Shown piece by piece: positions 25,718 to 39,397 of a DNA stretch of 64,000 nucleotides; position 1 is the stretch's first letter, and the number at the start of each line of letters is the position of its first letter. Origin of the DNA: Callorhinchus milii (lineage: Eukaryota); the NCBI RefSeq assembly GCF_018977255.1, contig NW_024704743.1, positions 106,704,001 through 106,768,000 of the forward strand. The letters run 5' to 3'. The notes under the pieces are model-generated. The model worked only from the letters and a program-made list of their open reading frames with translations. It was not told the origin of the DNA and did not search any database. The translations under genes and the position numbers were made by a program.

Positions 25718-25945
25718 AACAACAATAACAACTTGCATTTATATAGCACCCTTTAATGCAGGTGAGTGTCTCAGGGCGCTTAATAGAGGCGGAGCTTGAC
25801 ACTGAGCCGGGGGAGAGAAGAAGTGAGCTCCCCCCAACTCAGCCTCAAGCCGTAAGCAAGTTCGAGGAGGAACGTCTCAGGATTTGATCTGAAAAAGGAG
25901 AAGCAGGCAGAAAGGCAGAGACATCGAGGGAGTCAATCCTTCAGC
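25718..25945 (-). mobile_element. Old L2-like 3' end
   Basis: Tail CAACAACAATAACAACTTGCATTTATATAGCACC followed by degenerate L2 3' sequence. Confidence 0.65.
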
Positions 25946-26090
25946 CTTGTCAAGATCAAGTACCTGAGGAGTGATGTCGAGTCCAACTTAACTGAAAAAG
26001 CACTTTAATAAGAAATAGTGCTTAAAAATCGGTGAAATTGCGCCTACAAATAGCACTGTAAGATTGGTGGTTGACCTTGATCTTTACAAG
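25946..26090. mobile_element. Putative MITE with 15 bp terminal inverted repeats
   Basis: CTTGTCAAGATCAAG (25946-25960) versus CTTGATCTTTACAAG (26076-26090) is a 14/15 inverted match, with a central AAGCACT...AGTGCTT stem. Confidence 0.55.
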
Positions 26091-26294
26091 CCAGCATTCT
26101 AAGAGGCTGAGAATACACATGCACTTCTACCTCACCAAAGCCTCTTCTTCCAACATAAAAAAATCAAGTGGAATGAATCTCAGGAGAGGGAGGTTTCCAG
26201 AACCATAAAAATGGTTGATGATAGAATAAACAGCACTGATGTGATAAATGCAAATCTAAAGTACCCAAATCTGTACCAGGATAAAGGAACAAAA

Positions 26295-26540
26295 CACACT
26301 TTTTGTTTACACAGTGAGCTCTTAAAGTCTGGAATGCACTGCCTGAAAGGGTGGTGGAAACAAATTCAATAACAACTTTTAAAAGGGAATTGGATAGGTA
26401 CTTGAAGAGAAAAAATTTGCAAGGATATGGGGAAAGAACAGAGGAGTGGGAATGATTTCTTAATTCTTCCAAAAAGGCTGGTACTGGGACGATGGGCTAA
26501 ATGGCCTCGTTCTGTGTTGTAATATTCTATGATTCTATAG
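26295..26540 (+). mobile_element. CR1 3' end
   Basis: TGGAATGCACTGCCTGAAAGGGTGGTGG...AATGGCCTCGTTCTGTGTTGTAATATTCTATGATTCTAT; same family as 55245-55743. Confidence 0.85.
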
Positions 26541-27317
26541 GATTGCTTTCAAAACAAGTACACTTGGCCAATTTACTTTTTATTTCCCTTCCCCATCTTC
26601 TGCAGTGAATAAGCCTTCAATCGTACCCTAATCTCTAGTGGGAGTACTCCTAATATGGTGGACAATTCATCCAACGCTCCCAGATCTGCCTCTTCCAATC
26701 AATTATCGGATTTGGCAGTCAGTGTCAGCTCTGGAGTCCTTTAGTTTTCAATGGTAAACAAACTCCCCAATTCCAATTCAATTCTATTTTACTTTATGTG
26801 GATCAGAGATGCACAGATCAGTTCAAACTCTGAATGCAACTGATGAAAATTGGAAAGCTATACATCTCTCGCATCTCTACGTACACCTGCCTTTTGGCAG
26901 GTCAAATGAACGTTTTGTATAGGACATACCTTATGCCAAGAAAGTAGCTTTCAGAAAGGGTTAACCAACTTTGAAAAATTAACACCATCCAAAAGGACAA
27001 AGCTCTCACTGAAAAAATCAAGGTCCCTCTCCCTCAATTACTGTACAGATATTTGAACACTTGGCTGTCTATTTTTTCTCATCCCCAGATAAGTTTTTTT
27101 ACATCTTCCCAAATTCAATTCCAAGTAGGTTCTTATGTTTTGAACTCCTTCTGCATTCTTAGTGCCACTGGTTTATTCATGATGGGATCTCTGCTTAACA
27201 AAATTGATTTGATAACATATTAGTTCTACAACCTCAACATTCACTAGATATTCCTCTCTGGTATTCTATTGTTACCACACACAGTAATTTTTCAAAGAAT
27301 AACTAAAATGTGAACTA

Positions 27318-27664
27318 TGATAATAATCCTTGCATTTGATATAGCGCCGTATCACTTCTCAAAGCGCCTCAAATAGTAATACTGTAAAGTGAATTGACTG
27401 TATAATTGTGGGCGAAATGTGGCAGCCAATTGCATACAGCAGTGTCCCACAAACAGTGTTGTGGATTTAGTGACAAAATTATTATTATTTTATTTTTTTG
27501 AAGGGTTTATTGCTCCCGGAAAAGTGATCCACCAATCGACTAACAACCGTACTCCTACTTACTGCTAGGTAAACAGAGGCGTGTGGATTAAGCAAAGTTT
27601 CCCAATGTTTCGCCCTGCTGCGAATCACACCCACGTCCTCTCGCTTGCAAGGCAAGCGCTCTAA
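27318..27664 (-). mobile_element. tRNA Deu-SINE (long subfamily)
   Basis: Same structure as 20335-20684; the head is clipped by the adjacent L2 tail. Confidence 0.88.
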
Positions 27665-29032
27665 CAAACAACAACAAAATTACATTTCTATAGCGTCATT
27701 GGGACATTGGGAGGATGTCCCAAGGCGTTGGACAGAGTTTTGGATCTGAGCTAGGGTCGGGATTGGGGAGGGTGGAGGGTAGCGGGGGAAGCAGGGAGAT
27801 CGAAAGCACGGTCAAAGAGGAGGGTCTTGAGATGGGTCTTGAAGGAGGCAAGAGACTGCGGGATAGAGTTAGAGGGTGGGGGCACAGTGGTAGAAGGTCC
27901 ACCTGCCAATGGTGGGGTGGGCAAGGCGGGGGACGTGAAGCAGGCCAGAGCCTGCTGAGCAGAAGGAGCGGGCAGGATGGTAGGGGTTTAGGAGGTCAGA
28001 GAGGTAGGGGGAAGCAAGACCATGGAGGGCTTTGAAGGTGAGGACCAGGATCTTGAACTGAATCCTCTGTGTGATGGGAAACCAGTGGAGTTGGGAGTGG
28101 ATTGGGGTGATAGGGTCACGGAGCCTGGTGCGGGAGAGGACATGATCTGCAGAGGTCTGGCGATCTGTAGCCTGTGGAGGGAGGAGTTGGGGAGTCCGAC
28201 ATGCAAGGAGTTTGCATAGTCAAACGTCGATGTAATGAATGTGTGTATGAGGGTTTCGTTGGCCTGTGGTGTGAGGCAGTGGCAGAGCCGAGTGATGTTG
28301 CGGAGGTGGGGGACGTCAGAGCGGGTCATGGTGCAGATGTGGCGTAGAAAGGATAGCTGAAGGTCAAACAAGATGCCAAGGTTCCTGACTGACTTAGCAA
28401 GGTGGAGTGTGCATCCTTGGATAGCAATGCTGCCCACGCCCAAGGTGTAGAGGCGCTGACGGGAGCCAATCAGGAGAACCTCGGTCTTGTTGAAGTTCAA
28501 CTGAAGAAAATTAGCTCTCGTCCAGGACTTGATGTCCGATAGACAGTCAAGGGTGGAGGCAGAGAGGTACAGTTGGGTGTCATCCACATGAAGTTGACCC
28601 AATGTATGCGGATTATGTCACCAAGAGGGAGCATATAGATATTGAAGAGGAGAGGACCAAGGACAGAGCCCTGAGGAACGCCGCACGAGACGGTGAGGGG
28701 ACTAGAGGAGAAACTGTTTGTGGAGATGAAGTGGAGACGGTGTGAGAGATATGACCTGAACCAGTCAAGGACAGAGTCGTGAAGGTTGAGGTGAGAGAAG
28801 AGGCGGTGGATGAGGACAGAGTGGTCAATGGTATTGAAGGCAGCAGAGAGGTCAAGGAGGACGAGGAGGCAGAGGGAGCCCTGGTCGCAGATGGACGAAA
28901 TGTCATTTGTCATTTTGACCAAAGCTGTTTCTGTGCTGTGGACGGCACGGAAACCCGATTGGAGGGGTTCGTGAAGAGAGTGGCAGGAGAGGAAGGAGTG
29001 AAGCTGGGAACCAACAACTCGTTCCAGTACAG
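27665..29032 (-). mobile_element. L2-clade LINE 3' half (RT region)
   Basis: Motifs [43 protein letters not shown] and VDDTQLY. The (TTG)n tail at about 27665 abuts a SINE head. Confidence 0.93.
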
Positions 29033-30456
29033 ACGTCCACATTATTGTGTTATTATCTTGATCTACTAACATTTGAAATAGCTTCCAGTCCTTGGTCAAT
29101 GCAGTTACATATCTGTTTTCATTTTGTTGTTTATACTCATTTTCCACTAATAACCTTTACATATTTATTGACCAAAAAAGTAACTACTCTTTTAAAACAG
29201 ATTGGGTTTCTAAATTTCTAAAGAGACTAGTAATCTGAATGGTAGGATTCTTAGTGCTTAAGTTGTTGGATACCTTCTAAAATGTACAATTCCCTGAACA
29301 GAAACAGAATTTAAAATTTAAGCAAAACAAAACAACAAAATGTTTCCTCAAGTGAAGGAGTCATTCCGCTCCAATTTTCAAGAATGCTAAAGCAATCAAC
29401 CTATAAGTTACTCTATTGATTAGCATTTCTGGGTGAATCTCTCTTATTTGAGATTAGAACACTTTGTCAGTATCTTCAAATTAAGCTGAATGCACTTCTT
29501 CTGTGCTGTACAGTTCTGTTGGTTCAAAAATAAAATAAAAAAGGGAAGTGAGACTATAACAAGTGGTTTAAGGAAAATGGTAAAGTAGATCATGTGGGCT
29601 TATATCTTGCATCACTTCCTCATGGCGAGAAAAATGAACTGGAGATTGACATGGAAGAAGTGAAGGTGTTGTTTAAAAAAAGTATGGATAACAATGGACA
29701 AAAAAAGTCAGTCGAGCAATTATATTTAATAAGAAACTGCAGGAATAATCCATCGGAGGAGACCAAAACATACAAGAGGCACATGTCATGAAAAGTACAA
29801 TTCTGCATGTGAGAGGGGACACTGACAGATGTTAGCTGATAAGTTAGCCCTGGTTAGATGAAATGATAGCTTTAAAATAAGAATGAATATCTCAACTGGT
29901 GTTCATTGGAATAAACTCTGAACAGAGTCAGAACAACCAAAATAAATGATTATGCTATCATGCGAATAACTTTGCAACACTGAAAGGGCAGAACAGCATT
30001 GCCAGTCCGCAGCATTTGTATTACGTACTGCTAGAGGTGGTGCAGCTAGAAAGGCTGGCATTAGAATGCAAAAGATGTTCAAAGTATAAGAACACACTTG
30101 GAACTCAATATGGGAAAGAGTAAGCAAAAGTGTACTCATAAGGGAGAGGACAAGGAGATTAGTAGGAGGAGGAATACATTGATGGGAGTGAGGTGGAGGG
30201 TACAAAATTGCTGTCAACTAGGTTAAGGAAATTTCATTGTGACCATAGGAGTGGTCCAAAAGGGAAGGCGAAAATGTGAAACTTTTAACCATTTATTCAT
30301 ATTCAGAAGATTACAAACACAGGCCACTTCATGCAGGGAAGATTGTGAAAGCAGGCAACATCCTCTGGTAAGGAGGAGATTTTGCATGTACAGTATATGA
30401 AGGGGATGTAATGATTTGGAAATGACCTCACGATGCTCATCTGCATTAAGGATGTG

Positions 30457-30605
30457 TCATAGAATCATAGAATTATACAGCACAGAAGGAGGGCATTCGG
30501 CCCATCGTGTCTTGCCGGCTCTTTGAAAAGAGCTATCCAATTAAATCCCACTCCCCCACTCTCCCCCCATAGCCCTGCAAACTTGTCCTACCCAAATAAT
30601 TATCT
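30457..30605 (-). mobile_element. CR1 3' end
   Basis: Tail (CATAGAAT)2 and the reverse complement of the 55600-55743 sequence. Confidence 0.85.
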
Positions 30606-31529
30606 GGGGAGGACATGTGCATGAATGCATTTTAGTTGTTATAAATCAGGAACAAGATTTGTGGAGATTATTCACCAATGCAAAAAAATAAATTGTGTGA
30701 ACTATTTTCTAAAACAAAATTAATTAGCGAAACGAATTAACTCGTGAAACTAAAATTATACTAGCGTGGTTGGCAAGGTCACCCATTCATTCAACAAGCA
30801 TTCTTTGTTCAATAGTACTTAGGATTGCTCATATTAATGCACGAAACACATTTGACCATATAAACAAATTACCAAATCTTTGTATTGTAAACTACACAGA
30901 AACAAAGGATAGCACTTTATCTCATTATAGATTTTAATTATCTTAATATTTCAGGTGCTTTGTTAATTATAATGGGGCTTCAGCCGAAAGGGCAGGATTT
31001 ATTTTCAGAGATTAAGGACTCGAACTCTTTATTAAATCTAAAGCTACAGATGGTCTACTAAACAAATTGCATGCCTTAGGTCTTTTGAGTTTATTTCTGG
31101 CATGCTAATGACCACTAAAGACAATTCACTTCAAAGGATGCCCTTCTAGATGCTATTTGCTCAACTACATACCAGTTTTCTTATCGGAAATATTGTGTGG
31201 CATCCATTCATGTAACTCGTAAATGTTGTAATATTTTCTCCACAATTTAGAAGGATACACCATACAGTCCTGCTGAGAATATCAAATATTGCTTGTAGAC
31301 TGCTTCACTTCAAATCCTCCCACATTAATAGTTAGACATCATCAGATATACATATACAGTCAATTCACTTTACAGTATATTCTGTGAAGCGCTTTTAGAC
31401 GTCTCGAAGACGTGCTAAGGTGCCATATTAAATGCAAGGATTATATTATTCCCTTAGGAGCACTTCCCATTAAGATCAAATTTAATTTTGTGTATTCAAA
31501 AGTAAAAATGTTCCTGGTCTGATCTGAGC

Positions 31530-34124
31530 TTGGTCTATCCCCCTATTCCTTTGGCTGCTTCTCCTCCTTTGAGCACATCAACCTCTACCATCCCTCATCT
31601 CTCTCCCTCAAAATCATCTTGGTTTACCACCCCCCACAAACCTCCTGGCCCTTTCCTCACTGATATCTCCTCTCTCCTCTCATCCCTGTCCCTCTGGACT
31701 GAACACATGCTCATAATGAGTGACTTCAACCTCCACCTAAATTCCTCTTTGCACCACCTCCTCGGATTTCACTGCCCTCCTTACGTCCCTGAACTTTACC
31801 CTCCATATCAACTCGACGATTCACAACCGTGGCCACTCCCTCGACCTCATCATCACAAATGGCCTTGACATTTCCGACCTGTCAATCACGGACAAGGCCA
31901 TCTCAGATAACTTCATCTCCCTCTCCTCCAGCATCCCATTCCCCTCTTCCAAACCCTCCACCAATTTTTTCCGCCCCTGGAATAAAGCTTGCCCCTGAGT
32001 TCCTCGCTAATGCCCTCGCCTCTTCGTGCCTCCTCGCCCTCTGGCCCTCCACCCGCAGCGATCCTGATGCAGCCGTCAAGCTACTGAATGACCGTCTCTC
32101 CGCAACCTTTAATTCTCCGGCTCCCCTGAAATCCAGGGCTGTTTCTAAACCCACCCACTCCCTGTGATACAACAGTCATCTCCGCTCACTCAAAACACAA
32201 ACCCGGACGCTCGAGCGCAGATGGCAGAAATCTGGCCTCACGATTCACCACCAGCTGTCACTCGAGCACCTCCGTACCTACCACCTCTTCCTTTCACAAG
32301 CCAAAACTGACTTTTACTCCAAAGTCATCCTGGAGGCAAACAACAATCCAAAGACGCTGCTTTCCACCGTCCATCACCTCCTCCATGCACCTCAAGCCCC
32401 CTCGATCCTCACGTCAAACGCCAAGTGCAAAGAGGTCCTAGACTTCTTTGCCTCAAAAATTGAAAACATCCGCTTGGCTGCATCGTCCTCCCGCCCCCAC
32501 CATGTTCCCTCCAACCCCGTGTAGACCATCCAAACCGCCTTCTCCCTCCGCCACGGCTTCTGCCACTCGCCCTCCTAACACTCCTTTGCCCCCATTTCTT
32601 CCTCCTCCCTCTCAACCACAATCACCCGGATGAAGTTCACCACCTGCTGCCTCAACCCCCTCCCAACCGAGTTGCTGGTCACTCAACTCCCCCTTCTCTT
32701 GCCCTGCTGGCCGACACAGTCAACCAGTCTCTCCTCAGCTCTTCCATTCCCCCTGAAAAACACTGTCATCAAACCCCTCCTCGATCCGTCTAATCTTGCA
32801 CACAACCTACCCTTCGTTGCCTGGGACGCATTGTTGCAGGTTAACTTCGGTCATACCTCTCCTTCCTCGAGCTCCTGCAGTTTGGTTTTCGCCCTTCCCA
32901 CAGCACAGAGTCAGCGCTTGTCAAAGTCACAAACGACATTCTCTCTATCTGTGACTGGGGCTCCCTCTGCCTCCTCGTCCTCCTGGATTTCTCTGCAGCG
33001 TTCGACACAGTCGACCACACCATCCTCCTCCATCGGATCTCCTCCATCATCCAGCTTAGTGAGACCACACTCACGTGGTTCAGGCCAACTTAACCAACCG
33101 CCTCCATTTCATCTCTGCAAATGTTTTTGCCTCTCGCCCCCGCCTGGTCACCTGCAGGGTACCCCAGGGCTCCATCCTTGGCCCTCTTTTCCTTATTTAT
33201 GTGCTCGCTCTGGGTGATGTCATCCACAGACACAGGGTAAACTTCAACATGTATGTGGATGACACACAAATCTACTTTGCCTCCTCCAGTACCAACTCCA
33301 CCGATGTTCTATCAACTTGTCTGGCAGACATCAAGGTTTGGATGAGTATAAACTTTCTGCAGCTGAAATTGGACAAGATGGAAGCCATACTCCTTGACTC
33401 CCGTCAACGTCTTCACACCTGTGAATCTAAACTCCTCAACTTCCCTGGGCTCTCCCTCAGACTCACTGAACCAGTGCGCAACCTAGGAGTCCGGTTCGAC
33501 CTCCCCTCATCCGGTCCCTGACCAGGAACGCCTTCCTCCACCTCCGCACATTGCTCACCTCCTACCATACCCACATGAGTTTGTCACCTCCTGCTTGGAT
33601 TACTCCAATGCACTTCTCACTGGTCTCCCCATCTCCACCATTCGCGAGGTCCAGCTCATTCAAAACATTGCTGCTCGCATACTGACCCGGACCAAACTAC
33701 GTACCCGCATCTCACCAGTTCTGGCCAGACTCCACAGGCTCCCCATCACTGAACAGATTGACTTCAAGATCCTCACTCTCATGTTCAAATCTATTCACTC
33801 CCATTTCCCAATCCACTACCTGGTGCCTCCGCTCGACTGGCAACGGCCCCCTGCTCGTCCCTCACAACCTCCGCCCCACCATCAGAGGTCGTGAATTCAG
33901 CCACTATATTCAGCCGCTAACCCAAAACTCTGGAACGCTCTCCCTCAATCCCTCCGCCTTGCCCCATCTCTCCCCTCTTTCAAGTCCCCTCTGAAGACTT
34001 TCCTGTTCGACCGTGCTTACAGCCACCTCCCACCGGCTCGGAGTCAGGCTCCGTCACTGTTAAGCGCTCTGAGACACTATCCTGTGTGGAGGGCGCTGTA
34101 TAAGTGCAAGTTGTTGTTGTTGTT
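31530..34124 (+). mobile_element. L2-clade LINE, decayed (endonuclease remnant through RT to 3' tail)
   Basis: C-rich L2-like ORF2 remnants: IMSDFNLHLN, RVPQGSILGPLF, MYVDDTQIY, DYSNALLTGLP, ISPVLARLHRLP. The tail ends in (TTG)n. Confidence 0.92.
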
Positions 34125-35859
34125 GAATTAACTGATTCGTTCCCACCAGCTCTCGCAGGCTATCCAGAAGAGCTATTGGACTTTTCAGAATACAAAAAAA
34201 AAATCTATTTTGGTACATTTTCCATGTTCATAATACAAAGCAGCCAGAGGCAGCTCTCAGGGTATGAACATTTATTTTGTGTAGAAGTAACAAAATGCAG
34301 TACTATTATTTAAAAAGATACATAACATCTTTCCCCACAAACAGTTGTTCAGTAAAATTACCATAAATGAAGAATGGCAATGTTTTATTAAAGGCCATAG
34401 AAAAAGAATAATTCAATTTTAATAGTGCATTGCCATTCTGCTGTGAAAGAGAGCAATTGTATTGGTTCCTCTGCTAATGCATACCAATGGCACTATCCAA
34501 TATTACAACAGAAATCGGACAGTTTTTAATCAATACTTTTACTTTTGAAACAACACAATGCAATCTTCATGCTGTTACATAAACATCACATCAGAATCAC
34601 AGTCCACCACTATGTTGGACATTTATTTATCAAGTGAGCAGTTTGTCATTTAGGATAAACTTGCTCAACTGAAGGTGCTGCATTGCAGAGTCTGATTTTC
34701 CAGTGTAGTGTCAGAATTCTAACATTGCTGGAATTATCCAGAATGCATGAGCGTGAATGCCAGATCATTTTAGAGGTAGAAACCTCATTCAATCAGCCTC
34801 CAGGATGGTTCTCTTTATATAACAGATAGTAGAAAGTGCATAAATAGTCAAAGCGGACAGCTGGGGTAGTGATGGAATTCGGCTGAACTTGTTATAAACC
34901 TGTTCCAGATATTTGTTTTTTTGGTCTGACGCATGCGGAAACCCATCACCACGCTTCAGTGGATCCAAACCAAGCTGAGATGTCCATGCATCTCACCTAC
35001 ACATGGAAATTCCTGATAGATTGTTGGAATGGAATGCACACTCTCTCCCTGGAGGGACTCATCCTGCCTTACCTAATTCCCAAAAGTATTTGCACAAGTT
35101 GGCACGAGCCAAGGCTTGGGGATCCCAGAGTGTATGTTGGGGTACAGCTGTAATCTGACCAGATAGAGTATTGGCACAACACTCAAAATGAACACCGTCA
35201 GGCCAGTAAAATAAGCAATGTAATGGGATAATGGATGCAAGATTTTGTCACTAGATCAATGCATGCCTTTGAACTTGCACTAATGTTGATTCCCCCCTCC
35301 CGTGCTGTCAACATTTCATAAATTCAGTCCTCAGGAGGAAATTCGGTCATTCACCACTATTTTGAGAGGCGACAGCTCCATACTCAACAGTAATTTTGCG
35401 TTCCAGTAGGCTAATATTGAGAGAGAAAAGCAGATTTCCCTTCAGAGTAAAGAAACATAAGAAAGTATCAGACCACATAGACCAAAGCAGTCCATTTGGC
35501 TGGTCCCAAAGTTGGGTCTTTTATCTTCCCAAGCAATGCTATATATATTGAAAGTACTTCCCCCCCATCTTAACATTTCTGGGTTTGGAAGGATTTTTCT
35601 TTGTCAACCAGTTGTCTGATACATGCTAGAAACTCCTCATCATGCAAAGGAGCATCCAAACTAAACAGATTTCCATGTTTGTCAGCCACACAGTGTATAG
35701 TTTGGGAAACAACATGTCAAGCGACTGCCAGGATGGTGGAAGGCAAACTGGAAGGACCTTGGTCTTCTTTTGCTTAGTAAATTTTTATATTCTTACACAT
35801 GGAAATTTCTCATTTCTGGAATAGAATGCGCACTCTCTCCCTGGAGAGATTCTCTCCAA

Positions 35860-38088
35860 GAGGTTTGGAAGGAAAGAAATAAAGCAAGTTACAATAGTTA
35901 CAGTTTTGTTGGTATGAGAGAGGATTTAGCCAAAATAAACTGGGAAATTAGACTTAAGGATTTGATAGCAGGCCAGCAATGGCAGACGTTTAAGGAGATA
36001 GTGCAAAATTCCCAGCGAGCACGTATTCCTTTGAGGAATAAGAATGCCACGGGAAAGGTGGCCCAACTGTGGCTAACTAGAGCAGTTAGGGAAAGTATAA
36101 AGTTAAAGGAAGAAGCCTATAAAGAAGCTAAGATGAGTAGTAAACCTGAGGATTGGGAGAACTTTAGGGATCAACAAAGGAGAACCAAAAAAGGGATTAG
36201 GAGGCAGAAAATGGAATATGAGGGCAAACTAGCGAGGAACATAAAGACAGACTGCAAGAGTTTTTATAAATATATGAAGAGGAAGAGACTGTCAAGGGTA
36301 AATGTGGGTCCGCTACAGGCAGAGACGGAGGGAATTACAGTAGGGGACAAAGACATGGCAGAGTCATTAAACAAGTACTTTGCTACTGTCTTCACCTTAG
36401 AAGACACTGAAAACCTACCAAGAATAGAGGGGAACCAAGCGAGCAACTTGGGGGAATTAATATTAGTAAACAAATGGTTTTAGGTAAATTCTCAGGTCTT
36501 AAAACTGATAAATCTCCTGGACCTGATGGCCTACATCCTAGGGTTTTAAAAGAGGTGGCTACTGAGATAGTGGATGGCTTGTCTTTGATCTTCCAAAATT
36601 CTCTGGATTCTGGAACGGTTCCCATTGATTGGAAGATTGCAAACGTGACACCACTATTTAAGAAGGGTGGGAGAGAAAAGATGGGGAACTATAGACCAGT
36701 TAGTCTGACTTCAGTGGTAGGGAAAATTCTTGAGTCCTTAATTAAGGATGTCGTTATGGGATTTCTGGAAGACCATAACAAGATTAGGCAGTCAACATGG
36801 CTTTACAAAAGGGAAGTCATTCTTAACTTTTTTTTAATAGTTTTTTGAAGATGTATCTAGCAGGTTAGATAGGGGGGAACCAGTAGATGTAGTATATTTA
36901 GATTTTAAAAAGGCATTTGACAAAGTGCCACACAAAAGGCTATTGCACAAGGTTAAGGCCCACAGGATTAATGGGAACATATTAGCATGGATTGAAGAGT
37001 GGCTAATGAGTAGAAAAGAGAGAGTAGGGATAAACGGGTCATTCTCGAATTGGCAGGATGTGACTAGTGGAGTGCCACAAGGATCAGTGCTTGGGCCTCA
37101 GCTATTTACAATTTACATCAATGATCTAGACGAGGACATTGAATGTAACGTATCTAAATTTGCGGATGACACTAAACTAGGTGGGAGAGTAAGCTCTGAG
37201 GATCATGGAAAAAGATTGCAACGGGATATAGATAGGCTAGGGGAGTGGGCGAGTAGGTGGCAGATGGAATTTAATGTGGGGAAGTGTGAAGTTATTCACC
37301 TAGGTAGAAAAAATAGAAAAACAGATTATTTTCTAGAGGGGGAGAGATTAGATAGTGTTAGAGTGCAGAGGGATTTGGGTGTCCTTGTACACCAGTCTCA
37401 AAAAGTTAGTTTGCAGGTGCAGCAAGCAACTAAGAAGGCGAACGGCATGTTAGCGTTCATTGCAAAAGGTTTAGAGTACAAGAGTAGGGAAGTCTTGCTG
37501 CAACTGTATAGGGCCTTGGTGAGACCGCACCTAGAGTATTGTGTGCAGTTTTGGTCTCCTTATTTAAAAAAGGACATACTTGCCCTAGAGGGGGTGAGCG
37601 TAGATTCACTCGGTTAGTTCCTGGGATGAGGGGACTGACCTATGAGGATAGGCTGAATAAACTAGGGCTATATTCTCTAGAGTACAGAAGAATTAGGGGA
37701 GATCTTATTGAAACATATAAGATTCTTAAAGGGCTGGATAAAGTAGACACTGAGGGTCTGTTTCCCCTGGTAGGAGAATCTATAACCAGGGGTCACAGTC
37801 TTAAAATTAAGGGTCAGCCTTTTAGAACAGAGTTGAGGAAACATTTCTTTACTCAGAGGGTAGTGAATTTATGGAATTCACTACCCCACAAGGCTGTAGA
37901 TGCTCAGTCCTTGAACATCTTCAAGGCTGAGACTGATAGGTTTTTAAAAAACAGAGGGATTAGGGGATATGGGGATAGGGCAGGTAATTAGAGTTAGGTC
38001 TGAAGATCAGCCATGATCTTATCGAATGGCGGGACAGGCTCGAGGGGCCGAATGGCCTACTCCTGCTCCTAATTCTTATGTTCTTATG
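35860..38088 (+). mobile_element. CR1-clade LINE, 5'-truncated, ORF2 (reverse transcriptase) broken by frameshifts
   Basis: ORF pieces contain KSPGPDGLHPRVLKE, NYRPVSLTSVVGKILE, SGVPQGSVLGP, KFADDTKLG and LVRPHLEYCVQFWSP. The CR1-type 3' UTR ends in (TTCTTATG)2 at 38073-38088. Confidence 0.96.
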
Positions 38089-38371
38089 TAAAAGTTGTAG
38101 ACACATTTTGGTGCTTTTCTAGTTTCAGGTGCAGCCTGTTTATTACTCATTCAATCTGGCAAATGTCAACAGGTATCCTGTTTGACATCCTGCTGTGAAA
38201 GGTAAGAACTGCAAAAACTTGCATACCATTGCTAATCTTTGTCTTCAGGACTCCCAATTTGCACACAGCAAAGACAACTATCCATTAATTCACATATCAT
38301 GCCACCCATCACAAAATGTAAAATTTATTTATTTTATATTTGTATTTTAGTACAGTACTTTACCAAGTCAA

Positions 38372-38737
38372 AAAATCTCAAAGAGCTTCACAGAAATTTT
38401 TGTAAAGTGTAGTTACCATGTATTTGTATGCAAACACAGGAGCCAATGTTCCGTGAACAGCCATGAGACAAATGCTCATTTTTTTTAATCTGGAGAACTG
38501 TTGGGCAGGACGCTGGGAGAATATTATTTTTCTTTTCGAACAGTACCATGGGATCTTAACTTCCTGGACAGGTGGGACCTCCATTTAATTTCTCACTGAA
38601 AGGACAGTACCTCAGACCTGCAGCTCTCCACCTGGTCTAGACTAGAGAGTCAGCTATGTGCTCAAAGTCCTGATGTTGGTTGGTCTTGAACCCACAACCT
38701 TCTGACTCCGAAGCGAGATTGCAACCAACTGAGCCAG
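38372..38737 (-). mobile_element. Older SacSINE1-like Deu-SINE
   Basis: Head CTTGAACCCACAACCTTCTGACTCCG...CAACTGAGCCA on the plus strand, and body GTACCATGGGATCTT. Confidence 0.72.
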
Positions 38738-39139
38738 GAATGCACCAGTTTAAATATTGTATGCCTAAATGTCTTGTGAACCTGATGCAAGAGGAGAATG
38801 TGCTTGTGTATAGATCTGAGTGTCAAGGTATGTGATCGGACATACCCGTTTACGTAATGTTTTCAAAAACAAAATTCCATGAAGAAAAAAGGGAAACACT
38901 GTATTTCTCAATTTTCCCTCTCCACCATTTTTCCCATTTAAAACTAGTTGTCTAATTTCTACTACAAGGTCTACAAATGAAATGAAATGTATAACTGGAG
39001 GTGAGGTCATCAACCACCTGTTCACTGAAATTCAGGAACATGACTGACAGTGAACATCCACCTGTGCCCAGGTCTTTGTGTTGCATTTTAACGCACGGAT
39101 CCCAAAAGGCTTGCATCAAGCTGTGAGGCATTATTGGTG

Positions 39140-39397
39140 TAGGCAAATAAAGTAAGTGAATTGACTGTGATTTTGTGGCCGAAAAATGCAGGAGCCAACC
39201 GCATGCAGCAGTGTCCCATAAACAGTGATGGATTGAGTGACCAACTTTTTTTTGAAGGGATTATCGCCCCCGGAAAGCAACCCGCCAAATCGACTAACAC
39301 ATCACCAATTGCCTAAGGTTTTGTCCCGATTGGGAATCAAACCCAGGTCCTCTTGCCTGCGAGGTGAATGCTCCAACTAATACGCTACAGTACTCCA
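39140..39397 (-). mobile_element. tRNA Deu-SINE (long subfamily, internally deleted)
   Basis: Core, CCCGGAAAGC segment and tRNA head are all visible. Confidence 0.8.

Noticed and set aside
35770..37991. Intact reverse transcriptase gene
   Set aside because: 5'-truncated CR1 ORF2 with several frameshifts and no ORF1 or endonuclease domain, so not an autonomous element.
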